Source: a virus
Reading direction: 5' to 3' (one strand)
Virus record (IMG/VR): IMGVR_UViG_3300042988_000510
Coordinates: 26,101 to 90,100 of that record
DNA: 64,000 bases
Below, one piece after another: positions 1 to 9,284 of this stretch. The stretch's first letter is position 1, and every line of letters begins with the position of its first letter. The position numbers and the translations under genes are program-made. The notes under the pieces were generated by a model. That model worked only from the letters and a program-made list of their open reading frames with translations, did no database searches and was not told the origin of the DNA.

Positions 1-3
1 TAC

Positions 4-18
4 AATAGCACTGCTAGT
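4..18. promoter_or_regulatory. Palindromic operator copy (AATAGCACTGCTAGT)
   Basis: One mismatch to AATAGCANTGCTATT, which is perfect at 9588, 11516 and 63118; upstream of RBS AGGAG and ATG 40. Confidence 0.7.
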
Positions 19-39
19 TAACTGGAAAGGAGATGAACT

Positions 40-375
40 ATGTGGTTGTGCTTAAAAGAAGGATTTCTGTCGATTGTTGATAAGGATGTTGCCGAGGGTC
101 AGTTGTTGGTTCGGTCGCGGGTCAAGGAGCACATCACCCGCTACTGGCCTGACGCCGATGTAAAGCGGACGCCTGGTACTCATCGGGACTACCTGTACCG
201 GGCCAGTATCAGCCGAGATGATGTTGCCAAAGTGATTGCGGATTACGTCATGAACGACATCTCCGAGGGCAACTTCAAGGCGTCGGTCACGGATCGCAAG
301 CTCCATAGGGTGCTCATGCGGGCTTGGGGCGTGTTTGCTGAACTGCAGGAGATACCTCCGTACTCTGACGGGTAA
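40..375 (+). CDS. Hypothetical phage protein
   Basis: 111-aa ORF with a strong RBS (AGGAG). Confidence 0.8.
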   Translation: MWLCLKEGFLSIVDKDVAEGQLLVRSRVKEHITRYWPDADVKRTPGTHRDYLYRASISRDDVAKVIADYVMNDISEGNFKASVTDRKLHRVLMRAWGVFAELQEIPPYSDG

Positions 376-447
376 GACCTTGTGGCCAGTGCGGTTTCTG
401 TGTTGGCCATCCTGTCTTGTGGTAAAATACCAGCAAAGCTATTCATC

Positions 448-1551
448 ATGATCATTACGGCAACACGCGAAACCCTGCTTGGCCCGCTGACGGCGGCCAT
501 GCCGGCGGTCAAGAAATCGACCCTACCGATCCTCAGCAACATGCTGCTGGACGCGCAGGCCGATGGCTTGCACATAACGGCCACCGATCTGGACACGCAG
601 ATTCGGTGCATGGTGGATGTCACCACTGAGCAACTGGGTGGTGTCACTCTGCCTGCTCGCAAGCTGCTGGACATCGTCAAACTGGCGCCAGCGGGCTCGA
701 CCATCAAACTGGCTACTGCCGATCTGGGCAAGCTCCGGGTGCAGGCGGGACCGTCGCGGTACACGCTGGCCACGTTGCCAGTTGAGAACTTCCCATCGTT
801 CGACCCGGGCGACATCATGCAGACGCTGGAGTTGCCGGCCGATGTCCTGTTGAAGGCGTTCAAGCGGGTGTCCTTCTGCGCGGCGGTCAACGACGTGCGC
901 TACTTCCTCAACGGGGTGGCGATTCGGCTGTTGGCGCATGAACTCGAGACGGCGGCCAGTGACGGTCATCGGCTGGCCGTGATGCAAACCCCATTGGCCG
1001 AACCGCCGGATGTCCCGAGCGACAGGCACCGCATCCTGCCCCGTGATTCGGTGCTGGCCATGATGAAGTTCCTGGCTGATGCCAAGACGGGCGCGGTCAA
1101 GCTCCAGATCGGGGACCGCACTGCGAGTATCACCATCAGTGATCAGCAGTTCTCGACCCGGCTGGTTGAGGGCGCTTATCCCAACATTCAGCGGGTCATA
1201 CCCAAGGACACCACGACGCACTTCATCGTGCCTGTGGCCGATATGCTGGCGTCGATTGCCAGGGCCGGCGTCGTCAGGGAGGGCAAGGACAACCCCATCC
1301 AGGTAGCCATCGAGCAGGACTCCCTGACCATCGAGGCGGCCAATGCTGCAGGCGATGATGCGCGGGAGGTGCTGCCAATCAATCTGGATGGCACTCCACT
1401 GACGTTGGGCTTCAACGGCAGCTATCTGGCCGAGTCGCTGGGTCAAGTCGATGCCGATACCGCCGAGTTCAAACTGCGGGATAACTCCGGGCTGGTGCTG
1501 GACCCCAGTGAGCCGGGGTGGCTGTCGGTTGTCATGCCGATGCGGTTATGA
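448..1551 (+). CDS. dnaN: DNA polymerase III beta sliding clamp
   Basis: Motifs TLPILSN, ATDLD, DVRYFLNG, ASDGHRLA, GAYPNIQRVIP, GFNGSYL and C-terminal VVMPMRL; start moved to ATG 448 (MIITATRETLL). Confidence 0.95.
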   Translation: MIITATRETLLGPLTAAMPAVKKSTLPILSNMLLDAQADGLHITATDLDTQIRCMVDVTTEQLGGVTLPARKLLDIVKLAPAGSTIKLATADLGKLRVQAGPSRYTLATLPVENFPSFDPGDIMQTLELPADVLLKAFKRVSFCAAVNDVRYFLNGVAIRLLAHELETAASDGHRLAVMQTPLAEPPDVPSDRHRILPRDSVLAMMKFLADAKTGAVKLQIGDRTASITISDQQFSTRLVEGAYPNIQRVIPKDTTTHFIVPVADMLASIARAGVVREGKDNPIQVAIEQDSLTIEAANAAGDDAREVLPINLDGTPLTLGFNGSYLAESLGQVDADTAEFKLRDNSGLVLDPSEPGWLSVVMPMRL

Positions 1552-1700
1552 CCATGAAAGTCTGGGAGCAACGGTCGTGGCTGGCCCTGGTGATTTCATC
1601 GATTGCCTATACGGGCCACCATCCTGGTATTGCGTTGTACTGGTCTGTGATGGCATTGCTCTGTTGGGTGTTGAGTATGCGCCTTGAGCGTGACCCATGA
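1548..1700 (+). CDS. Small membrane protein
   Basis: Two hydrophobic stretches; ATGA overlaps with both neighbours. Confidence 0.55.
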   Translation: MTMKVWEQRSWLALVISSIAYTGHHPGIALYWSVMALLCWVLSMRLERDP

Positions 1701-2137
1701 ACCCTCTCAAGTTCATCCCTGTCGCCGAGGCTATGGCGGGTCTGTCCAAGGACCCGCGTACCAAGGTCGGCGCCATCGTGATTGATGACGACGGCAACAT
1801 CCTCTCGACCGGGTGGAACTCATTCCCGCGTGGGGTGGACGACGATCCTGTGCGGTACGCTGATCGAGAGGTTAAGAACCGGTTGGTTTCCCATGCGGAA
1901 TCCAACTGTGTATCGCAGGCTGCCCGCAACGGTGTCCGGCTGAAAGGCTCCAGCATCATCGTGACCGAGTTATTCCCCTGCTCCAACTGCGCCAAGCTGA
2001 TCATTCAAGCCGGCATCCGCCGGGTGTATGCCCCGGTCATGAAGTCACATCACAGTGACCAGTGGTTCGAGGAAAAGGCGATCTCCGATCTGATGTTCGG
2101 TGAGGCTGGGGTTGAGGTGGTGGAGTACGCGCAATGA
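1697..2137 (+). CDS. dCMP deaminase family protein
   Basis: SKDPRTKVGA, HAESN and PCSNC zinc-deaminase motifs. Confidence 0.93.
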   Translation: MNPLKFIPVAEAMAGLSKDPRTKVGAIVIDDDGNILSTGWNSFPRGVDDDPVRYADREVKNRLVSHAESNCVSQAARNGVRLKGSSIIVTELFPCSNCAKLIIQAGIRRVYAPVMKSHHSDQWFEEKAISDLMFGEAGVEVVEYAQ

Positions 2138-2349
2138 CGAGTGCAGTCAAGGCAGGTGAAAAAACACCCGTTAGGGTGATCTGGAGAACTGGTGACCTAG
2201 ACCAGTGGGAATACTTCTGGCTGATTGAGGCCGGCGAACACTGGGTCACGCTCCAGGGGCGCGATACGCCAGATGGCTTTAAGCATGTTGGGGACACCAT
2301 TATCGTTCCTGCGCGGGATATCCGTGACATGGTTGTGTGCAGCCAATGA
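2134..2349 (+). CDS. Hypothetical protein
   Basis: Translationally coupled ORF. Confidence 0.65.
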   Translation: MTSAVKAGEKTPVRVIWRTGDLDQWEYFWLIEAGEHWVTLQGRDTPDGFKHVGDTIIVPARDIRDMVVCSQ

Positions 2350-2960
2350 CCAAGAAAGCCAGTGAGTTGCGAGCCGATGCCGTCAAGGCAGGGAAGAAGA
2401 CTTACACTGGCAGTCCGTGTCGGAGGCATCCTGAGAACCGGGAGCGTCTGGCCAGCAACAACAATTGCATCATCTGCTCGAAGGAGAACTCTCGGGCGCG
2501 TCGGGCCGGTGGTCCAATCAAGGAGGGCGGCCGGCCTTCACTGTTGACCGACGAACTGACCATGCAATTGTGCCAAGCCATCGCGGCTGGCAACTACCTT
2601 GAGACGGCGTGCCAGTTTGCCGGGGTGCGTGTGGGCACGGTTCGGGAGTGGATTTTCATGGGCGTGAGGGCCGAGGACCCAACTGATCCGTATGCCGTGT
2701 TTGCCACCGCCATAAAAAAAGCCGAGGCTCAGGCCGAGATTCAGGGGGTCATGCGAATCCGCAAGGCATCCGAGGAAAGCTGGCAGGCCATGGCCTGGTG
2801 GCTGGAGCGGGCACGCAAGCCGAGGTGGTCACAGCATGTGCAAATTGACGTGAGGCAAATGTCTGATGAGGAACTCGCCGAGCTTATCCTTGGTGGACTT
2901 GGTGGCGGAGGCGCGGAGGCGGGGGATGTCCTTGCCTCCGGCGGTGGAGGCTCAACTTAG
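2337..2960 (+). CDS. Putative terminase small subunit with N-terminal Cys/His motif
   Basis: GGRPSLLT followed by an HTH-like segment, SWQAMAWWLER; directly upstream of the large subunit; start may be 2346. Confidence 0.7.
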   Translation: MQPMTKKASELRADAVKAGKKTYTGSPCRRHPENRERLASNNNCIICSKENSRARRAGGPIKEGGRPSLLTDELTMQLCQAIAAGNYLETACQFAGVRVGTVREWIFMGVRAEDPTDPYAVFATAIKKAEAQAEIQGVMRIRKASEESWQAMAWWLERARKPRWSQHVQIDVRQMSDEELAELILGGLGGGGAEAGDVLASGGGGST

Positions 2961-4929
2961 GCAGGAGGCCAGCCGGCGCAGCATGTCCCTGGGTGGCGAC
3001 CAAGCCATCCTGATTCCGGAGGACATGACTTTTCGGGAGTGGTGCGAGACACTGGGCCAGCAGGGGCTTAAGGTCGATGGTCATGCGTTCACCCTGGCGA
3101 ATCGTCGGTCCCTGTGGGAAATCTACGACCACATCCCGACTCACGCCGAGGACGCTTTCGGCAAGACCCTGGTGCTGCAGAAGGGCGCACAGATGGGCCT
3201 GACGGTGTTCGAGATTCTGGCGAACCTCTACATGGCCATCAAGTTCGCCCCGTGCAAGGTGCTGATGTACCTCCCGGATCGCTCGATGGCGGCTTACAAA
3301 TCCTCGCAGCGGTTCATGCCGATCTTGCGGTCGGCGCCGAGCATCTACCCGCTGATCGCCACGGACGGGCGCAACGAGGGCAACACCCTGACCCGGGTCA
3401 TGCCGGGCCTGGGGTCGAATTTCCTGTTCCTGTGGACCTCTGGGCGCGACGGTGGCGTGACCGAGTCATTCCCGGGTGACGTCCTGTCGCTCGATGAATG
3501 CCAGGGCATGACGCTGGAGCAGATAGACCGGGTGCGGGAGCGATTGTCGGCTTCGCGCATCCGCTTCACGCTCATGCTCTCGACGCCGATGTACCCCGAG
3601 ATGGACGTCAATGCCCATTTTCTCAGGGGTACCCAGCACCGGTTCCACACGCGGTGCGGGTGTGACGATGGCGTAGTGCTCACTGACGTGTTTTTGCGGG
3701 CAGCCATCTCCAGTGCCGGCTCGCTGCCGATCAAGTACAACCGGGACCAGTATGACGGGGCGCCCGAGGATTTCGTCTACTTCTGCCCGACCTGTGATGC
3801 CTGGATACCCGATCCGCAGGCGGGTGAGTGGCGGCCGACGCAGCCCGAGGCGACGGCAATCAGCTACCACATGAGCCAGATTCTCAGCCCGACCGTGACG
3901 CCACGGGAAATGATGGAGGCATGGGGCGGGGCCAGGACCATCCCGCAGAAGGAGTCGTTCTTCCGGCGTAAGCTGGGCACTCCCTACATCGACCCCAGCC
4001 AGGCGCCGATCTCGCTGGATTTGCTGCGACGTTGCGTGCAGGAGGGTTTGCGACTGGGTGTTGGGTGGAAGAAGTCCGGCAAGCGCACGGTTATGGGTGT
4101 CGATCAGATGGGCTCGTTCTCCTGCGTCACCATTGCTGAGCGGCTGGATTGCGGCAAGATCGCGGTGATCCATGTGGAGGCAGTGTACGCGCTGGACCCC
4201 TGGTCGCGGCTGGACGAGTTGATGGTGGCCTATGGTGTGCAGATTTGCGTGGCCGAGCAGCTTCCAAGCATCGATTCGGCGCGGCAGTTCGCCAAGCGAT
4301 GGGAGGGGCGGGTGTTTCTCATCACGTCCTATGGTGACATGGAGGATATGGTGGTCTGGGGCGATACCGCGTGGTCCAAGACCGAGGTCAAGACCGACGA
4401 GGCGTTCCGCGACCGGCACACAGTCAGGGCCGATCAGTACCGGGTTATGTCCTGGGCGTTTGCCAGGTTGGCCGAGCAGTTCATCGTGTTCCCCGATCCG
4501 GCCGGCTTGCAGCAGGAGATACTTGAAGCTGGCATGGGTAAGGTCGGGCCGATCCTGGATATGGCATTCCTGCACTACACCAAGACCGGGTTGGTCATTG
4601 ATCAGGACGACGAGGAGCGCAAGACTCGGCGGCGTGTCATCAAGCTCGGCATGGACCCACACTTCAGTTTCGCGCTGATGGCCCTGTGCATCGGCTGGTT
4701 CCGGGCGCATGGCACCGCCACGTTCATCCTGCCGACCGAACCCACGGCTGCCCGGCTGGATATGCCGGGTCTGCCTGAGCACGTCGTCAGCGCGATTGAG
4801 GACGCTACGCAGCCGGGTACGTGCGGGGCTTGTGTCTCATTCGACGCGGCGCGGGGCTGGTGTACCGAGCGGAATCTTTTGGTCCGCAATATCGATCCGG
4901 CATGCGGGTTATTTGATTCCGGTGTATAA
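2866..4929 (+). CDS. Terminase large subunit (GpA-like)
   Basis: LQKGAQMGLT Walker A-like motif, LSLDE Walker B, MGVDQ nuclease Asp, DPHF; start uncertain (2866 or 2926). Confidence 0.88.
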   Translation: MRNSPSLSLVDLVAEARRRGMSLPPAVEAQLRQEASRRSMSLGGDQAILIPEDMTFREWCETLGQQGLKVDGHAFTLANRRSLWEIYDHIPTHAEDAFGKTLVLQKGAQMGLTVFEILANLYMAIKFAPCKVLMYLPDRSMAAYKSSQRFMPILRSAPSIYPLIATDGRNEGNTLTRVMPGLGSNFLFLWTSGRDGGVTESFPGDVLSLDECQGMTLEQIDRVRERLSASRIRFTLMLSTPMYPEMDVNAHFLRGTQHRFHTRCGCDDGVVLTDVFLRAAISSAGSLPIKYNRDQYDGAPEDFVYFCPTCDAWIPDPQAGEWRPTQPEATAISYHMSQILSPTVTPREMMEAWGGARTIPQKESFFRRKLGTPYIDPSQAPISLDLLRRCVQEGLRLGVGWKKSGKRTVMGVDQMGSFSCVTIAERLDCGKIAVIHVEAVYALDPWSRLDELMVAYGVQICVAEQLPSIDSARQFAKRWEGRVFLITSYGDMEDMVVWGDTAWSKTEVKTDEAFRDRHTVRADQYRVMSWAFARLAEQFIVFPDPAGLQQEILEAGMGKVGPILDMAFLHYTKTGLVIDQDDEERKTRRRVIKLGMDPHFSFALMALCIGWFRAHGTATFILPTEPTAARLDMPGLPEHVVSAIEDATQPGTCGACVSFDAARGWCTERNLLVRNIDPACGLFDSGV

Positions 4930-4942
4930 TAGCAATGCTCGC
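4925..4942 (+). promoter_or_regulatory. TATAAT -10 box overlapped by a degenerate operator (AATAGCAATGCTCGC)
   Basis: Seen at the terminase stop codon, upstream of the H-NS-like gene. Confidence 0.5.
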
Positions 4943-5096
4943 GTTATTCCGATTAGCAACTGTGGCAACTGCCAGCGGTTCGATCCGAAGAAGCTGGGCG
5001 CTTGCTGGGGGTATTGCCGGTTCCCCTTTCCGAAAAGCAAGCACACGGGGTTGACCATGAACACCGACACATGCCGGCACTGGACAAGGAGAGAAC

Positions 5097-5468
5097 GTGA
5101 ACTTCACAGATGACAATGAGATATCGGTGCCTCCGGCCGAATTTTCCCTGCAAGTGATTGAGCATCTGGACCTGGAGGCGCTCCAGGCAGTGGCAGCCAA
5201 GGCGGCCGAGCGGCTGGATAAGGTGCTCGAGGAGACCAGGGTGCACGAACTGGCGATGCTGGACTCGCTGGCCAAGAAGTACGGCGCGACCGTAACTTGG
5301 CCCAAGACCAAGAAGTCCGTGCGTCCGCGTCCGCGCAAGCCGGCGCCGGTACGGTTCATCGATCCGGCCAATCCGGAGAAGACCTGGACCGGCCGTGGTC
5401 GACAGCCGAAGTGGCTGCAGTCGTATGTGGGTCAGGGCCGGGCTCCGAGTGAGTTTCTGGTGTCATGA
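5097..5468 (+). CDS. H-NS family DNA-binding protein
   Basis: C-terminal DPANPEKTWTGRGRQPKWL signature; N-terminal coiled coil. Confidence 0.9.
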   Translation: MNFTDDNEISVPPAEFSLQVIEHLDLEALQAVAAKAAERLDKVLEETRVHELAMLDSLAKKYGATVTWPKTKKSVRPRPRKPAPVRFIDPANPEKTWTGRGRQPKWLQSYVGQGRAPSEFLVS

Positions 5469-5878
5469 TGGGTGAGCGTGCGGCCCAACACCTAATACAG
5501 AATCGCCTGCTTGATTATTTGCGATATCACCATGACGTGACGCCGGCTTCGGCCGCAAAGTCGCTGGGCCTTGATCGGCGTCAGGTGCAGGGCGAACTAT
5601 CGATTCTGGTTGGCCTGGGCCAGGTGTCGTCATCTGTGAACAGTCTCGGTGTGACCAGTTACAGGCTTGTGGAGGCAGTAGTGGAAACCAAACCAGAGCC
5701 CAGGCCGCGCAGTAAGCCGTTCTCGGCGACACGGGTGACTGGGGCTTACGTGAAAAATGGCAACCTGACCATTACGGTCAACCGACGGCTGAACGCCAGG
5801 AGCTTCACGATCAGCAAAAAGGATTTCGACGTGCTGGCGCAAATCTACGGGAAGTCGGGTGTGTTCGGTGATAGCTGA
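5465..5878 (+). CDS. Winged-HTH DNA-binding protein
   Basis: LLDYLR..DVTPASAAKSLGLDRRQVQGELSILVGLG HTH-like pattern. Confidence 0.65.
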   Translation: MMGERAAQHLIQNRLLDYLRYHHDVTPASAAKSLGLDRRQVQGELSILVGLGQVSSSVNSLGVTSYRLVEAVVETKPEPRPRSKPFSATRVTGAYVKNGNLTITVNRRLNARSFTISKKDFDVLAQIYGKSGVFGDS

Positions 5879-6161
5879 AATGACTCTGGCCCTGGCGGTG
5901 ACATCCTGCGGCTGGGGCCAGCAGCCGATGCTGGATGCGTATGGCAATTCGACCTGCGTCCAGGCGCAGACCGGTGAGTCCCGCAAGGTTGATGGCAGCC
6001 TGGCGGATTGCCCTACCGGCATGATCCCGCTGCTTACCCAGTATGGTCCTGCTTGTGTGCAGAAGGACACGGCGCAACCCTACTTCAACCAGACCGGCAG
6101 TTGCCCGAACGGCACGGCGCGGGGGCTGGATCGGTATGGGAATCGGGCGTGTTTGAAGTAA
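5859..6161 (+). CDS. Small Cys-repeat protein, possibly exported
   Basis: Three repeats of the CPxG..D.YGN..C type; hydrophobic N-terminus; start uncertain. Confidence 0.6.
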   Translation: MCSVIAEMTLALAVTSCGWGQQPMLDAYGNSTCVQAQTGESRKVDGSLADCPTGMIPLLTQYGPACVQKDTAQPYFNQTGSCPNGTARGLDRYGNRACLK

Positions 6162-6178
6162 CTGAATGACTCAGGCCG

Positions 6179-6424
6179 ACCGGGAGCCACAGACTCAATC
6201 CCGGTACCAATTACGATGCGGAGTAGGTTGGGGGTTCCTGGCCGTTGCCGGGGGAACCCGGCCCGCATCACTTATTTGGGCTGGCAGTTGAGACCGGTCA
6301 TTGGGCCAATGGACGGAAAGCCACTCGCGGGGGAGCTACCGACAAGCCCTTAATCCCGGGGCGCTGCGCGGGTCGCCACCGCAAGCAGCCCGAATCGACC
6401 GCCGGAGCGTATCTCCGGCAACCA
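6179..6424 (+). ncRNA. Putative structured RNA cluster upstream of the tRNA
   Basis: Hairpins ACCGGGA/TCCCGGT+ACCA, GATGCGG/CCGCATC and GCCGGAG/CTCCGGC+AACCA; no convincing ORF. Confidence 0.4.
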
Positions 6425-6429
6425 ATGCC

Positions 6430-6505
6430 GCCGGGCTCGTTCAAACGGTAGGACGTCGCATCCGTAATGCGAATGTTGGGGGTTCGACTCCCTCGCCTGG
6501 CTCCA
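6430..6505 (+). tRNA. tRNA-Thr(CGT)
   Basis: 76-nt cloverleaf: acceptor stem GCCGGGC/GCCTGGC, anticodon arm TCGCA-TCCGTAA-TGCGA, T-loop TTCGACT, encoded CCA. Confidence 0.92.
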
Positions 6506-6508
6506 ACT

Positions 6509-6530
6509 TCGTGACGACATACTGACCAAA
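6509..6530 (+). promoter_or_regulatory. Late-promoter motif (TCGTGAC-GAC-ATACTG)
   Basis: One of 11 aligned copies; upstream of portal. Confidence 0.7.
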
Positions 6531-6548
6531 ACACCATAGGGTCATCCC

Positions 6549-8255
6549 ATGTCCGACGCACTCCAGACCGCATTCGACTTTCAGGCTCCAGCCGACGAAC
6601 GCCAGCAGGCGCACACCGAGGCGACCCAGGACGCACTGAACAAGGGGCTGTCCAGCCTTATCCCGCCTGCCGACCTGATGCCGGTCATTGACTGGATCAA
6701 TCAGGACCTGGAGGATCAGGCCATGGCCAAGGCGATGAACAACGTCGTGCAGTTCCCTGGTGGCCGCCAGCGTGACAAGAAAGCCGGCATGAAGTCGGTG
6801 CATCTGGATGATCTGCAACTGTTGATCCGGGGCGAGTGGTATGAGAAGCCTGGCTTCCTGTCACCCGAGGCGATGCGGACCATGATCCAGCAGACGCCGA
6901 TCCTGTCGGCGATTGTCGGCACTCGCATCCGCCAGGTGACACGCTTCTGCCGACCGCAGGAGAGCGGGCGCGGGCCGGGGTTCGAGATTCGCCATGTCGA
7001 CCGCGACCGCGAACTGACTGAATCCGAGCGCGAGTCCGTTATCGTCATGCAGAAGTTTTTCTCGAACTGCGGCATGGAGTTTGATGCACGGCGGCGGCGG
7101 GCGCTCAAGCGCGACAACCTCACCGCGTTCATGTCCAAGCTGGTCCGGGACTCATTGACCATGGACATGACCGCCATCGAAACCGAGATGAAGCGGGACC
7201 GATCCAAGGGTATCGACGGGCTGTATGCCATCGACGGCGCCACGATTCGCCTGTGCGACGAAGACGGCTACCATGGGGATGATTCCATCGTGGCCCTGCA
7301 AGTCGTCAACGGCGCGGTCAGGACGGCTTACACGCCGTTCGATATCATCACCGAGGTGCGCAACCCGCGATCCGACATCGTCATCGGTGGTTATGGGCTG
7401 AGCGAGACGGAGTTGCTGATCAAGGTCACCACTGGTCTGCTCAACGTCCTGAACCTCAACGCCGACTATTTCAACAAGAACTCGATCCCTCCTGGCGTGC
7501 TGCATCTGCATGGCAACTATGCCCAGGAGGACCTGAGCGCATTCCGACGCTACTGGCGAGCGATGATTACCGGTGGCGGCGGCCCTGGCTCCAGCCGGTT
7601 CAGCATGCCGGTGCTGGTGTCCAAGGACCAGGAGTCCAAGGCATCATTCGAGAAGTTCGGGGTGGACGTCGACGACATGCTGTTCGGCAAGTTTGTCACC
7701 TTCCTGACCTCGATTGCCTGCTCGATCTATGCGATGGACCCGAGCGAGATTTCCTTCGAGTCGTTCACCGCCGGCCGGGCGCCGCTGTCTGGTAGCGACA
7801 CCACCGAGAAACTGGCGTCCAGTGTCGACAAGGGGCTGCGGCCGTTGCTGACCTATTTCGAGGACGTGTTCTCGGATTACGTCGTGTCGACCTTCGACAG
7901 CAACTACTGCTTCAGGTGGACCGGGTTGGACGAGGACGACCGGCAGGTGACCGAGGAGCGGGCGCGGCTGGTGCTCACTGTCAATGAGCTACGGGCTCAG
8001 GAGGGGTATGAGAAGCTGGAGGGTCCGTTGGGTGACGCCCCGCTGAATCCTTCCCTGGTTGGGCCTTGGATGCAAATGGCCCAGGCCGGGATGGGTGAGG
8101 ATGTTCCCGGCACCACCGAGGGCGAGGATGGGCAGGAAGGGCAAGCATCACCCGAGGCCGAGGCGCAACTGAATGAGATCGACAGCCTGGCCAGTCAGGT
8201 GGGTGAGGACTTCTGGAAGTCCATGACCGGCGCGACGGTGTTTAAGTTGGGTTAG
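6549..8255 (+). CDS. Portal protein
   Basis: GYGLSETE, YFNKNSIPPGVL and LTVNELRAQEGY portal motifs; position after terminase. Confidence 0.92.
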   Translation: MSDALQTAFDFQAPADERQQAHTEATQDALNKGLSSLIPPADLMPVIDWINQDLEDQAMAKAMNNVVQFPGGRQRDKKAGMKSVHLDDLQLLIRGEWYEKPGFLSPEAMRTMIQQTPILSAIVGTRIRQVTRFCRPQESGRGPGFEIRHVDRDRELTESERESVIVMQKFFSNCGMEFDARRRRALKRDNLTAFMSKLVRDSLTMDMTAIETEMKRDRSKGIDGLYAIDGATIRLCDEDGYHGDDSIVALQVVNGAVRTAYTPFDIITEVRNPRSDIVIGGYGLSETELLIKVTTGLLNVLNLNADYFNKNSIPPGVLHLHGNYAQEDLSAFRRYWRAMITGGGGPGSSRFSMPVLVSKDQESKASFEKFGVDVDDMLFGKFVTFLTSIACSIYAMDPSEISFESFTAGRAPLSGSDTTEKLASSVDKGLRPLLTYFEDVFSDYVVSTFDSNYCFRWTGLDEDDRQVTEERARLVLTVNELRAQEGYEKLEGPLGDAPLNPSLVGPWMQMAQAGMGEDVPGTTEGEDGQEGQASPEAEAQLNEIDSLASQVGEDFWKSMTGATVFKLG

Positions 8256-8619
8256 GCTTGTCCAAGAACGGCTGGATTTCTTCCTCGTAGACCTGTTCCC
8301 AGTCGCCGCCGAGCATTTCCTGTGCGGCGGCTTTGAGGAATTCCTCGCGGGACAGGCCGGTATCGTAGAGGGTTTCCTGGTTCAGGAATTGGGGCTCGAG
8401 CCCGCGATTGTCGGCCAAGTTGCGCAGGTAGACCCGAGGGAATACCCGGGAGTCCGGTTCTGAGTCCGGGTAGATGGCTGCGGCCATGGCCGTGAGTTCG
8501 GCTTGCAGTATCAGGATGTCATCACTTTTCTCGGGGGCATCCGGCAGCACGTCATAGAGCAGGGCGGCGGCCTCATGCGGGGCGAAATGGGTCAGGGTTC
8601 GGAAGTAGGTCATATCCAT
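8242..8619 (-). CDS. Hypothetical protein (leftward insert)
   Basis: Last of four tightly spaced minus-strand ORFs. Confidence 0.7.
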   Translation of the reverse strand: MDMTYFRTLTHFAPHEAAALLYDVLPDAPEKSDDILILQAELTAMAAAIYPDSEPDSRVFPRVYLRNLADNRGLEPQFLNQETLYDTGLSREEFLKAAAQEMLGGDWEQVYEEEIQPFLDKPNPT

Positions 8620-8628
8620 GGCTGTTTC

Positions 8629-8979
8629 TCAGGTTTTCTGCCCGGGCAGGGCTTGTGCGGCGTACTGTAGCACCTCGACAAAGTGTCCGAGCGACCCGAC
8701 GTGGCCCCAGGTGACATCGTCTGGGCTGGAGCCGTAGTGGTCGTCGTGGGACTCGTGGATGCGGTTCAGGAGTTCCTCTGCCTCCGCATATAGGACCATG
8801 TACCTGTCGAGGGGTTGGATGGAGTTGGGCGATGGCTGTTGCTTTTCGGTTTGCAGCAGTTCCAGCAGACGGATGAGTTCGTTCTCGCAGCATCCGTCCA
8901 AGCCGGGACCACTGATGAAGCCATCAATGATGTCGAACCCGGCTTGCTCTGCGAGTTGGTGGAGGGTTTGGTGTTTCAT
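8629..8979 (-). CDS. Hypothetical protein
   Basis: RBS GGAG; coupled to the upstream ORF; C-terminal PDDVTWGHVGSL motif common in phage ORFs. Confidence 0.75.
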   Translation of the reverse strand: MKHQTLHQLAEQAGFDIIDGFISGPGLDGCCENELIRLLELLQTEKQQPSPNSIQPLDRYMVLYAEAEELLNRIHESHDDHYGSSPDDVTWGHVGSLGHFVEVLQYAAQALPGQKT

Positions 8980-9284
8980 GGGGTTTCTCCGGTGGCGGCG
9001 GCTATGGCTGCGCGAATCTTGTCGGCGGCAAGGACCTGTCGCGCATATTTGCTTGCACCTCCCTCGTTGGCTGATGTTTGGGGAACAATGCCGCAGTCAA
9101 CTGCCTCAATCAGTGCCTCAAGCATCTCAGGCGCGGCGGCCATTAGCTTGGCGTTTGCCATTTCAGTATGCCGGTCCAGGCGTCGCCACAACTCGGCGAT
9201 TGCCATTTTTCCGGCAAATACCTCAAGCGATGTCGGCGTGCGATCTTCGACTATGTGCCATGGTCCCGGCGTATGCTTACTCAT
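8976..9284 (-). CDS. Phage protein of the HTPGPW...ANAxLxAAAP family
   Basis: Motifs seen; RBS AGGAG. Confidence 0.85.
   Translation of the reverse strand: MSKHTPGPWHIVEDRTPTSLEVFAGKMAIAELWRRLDRHTEMANAKLMAAAPEMLEALIEAVDCGIVPQTSANEGGASKYARQVLAADKIRAAIAAATGETP

Noticed and set aside
6430-6505. tRNA as a prophage boundary or att site
   Set aside because: It is flanked by phage genes on both sides, and no duplicate of its 3' end was seen near the integrase
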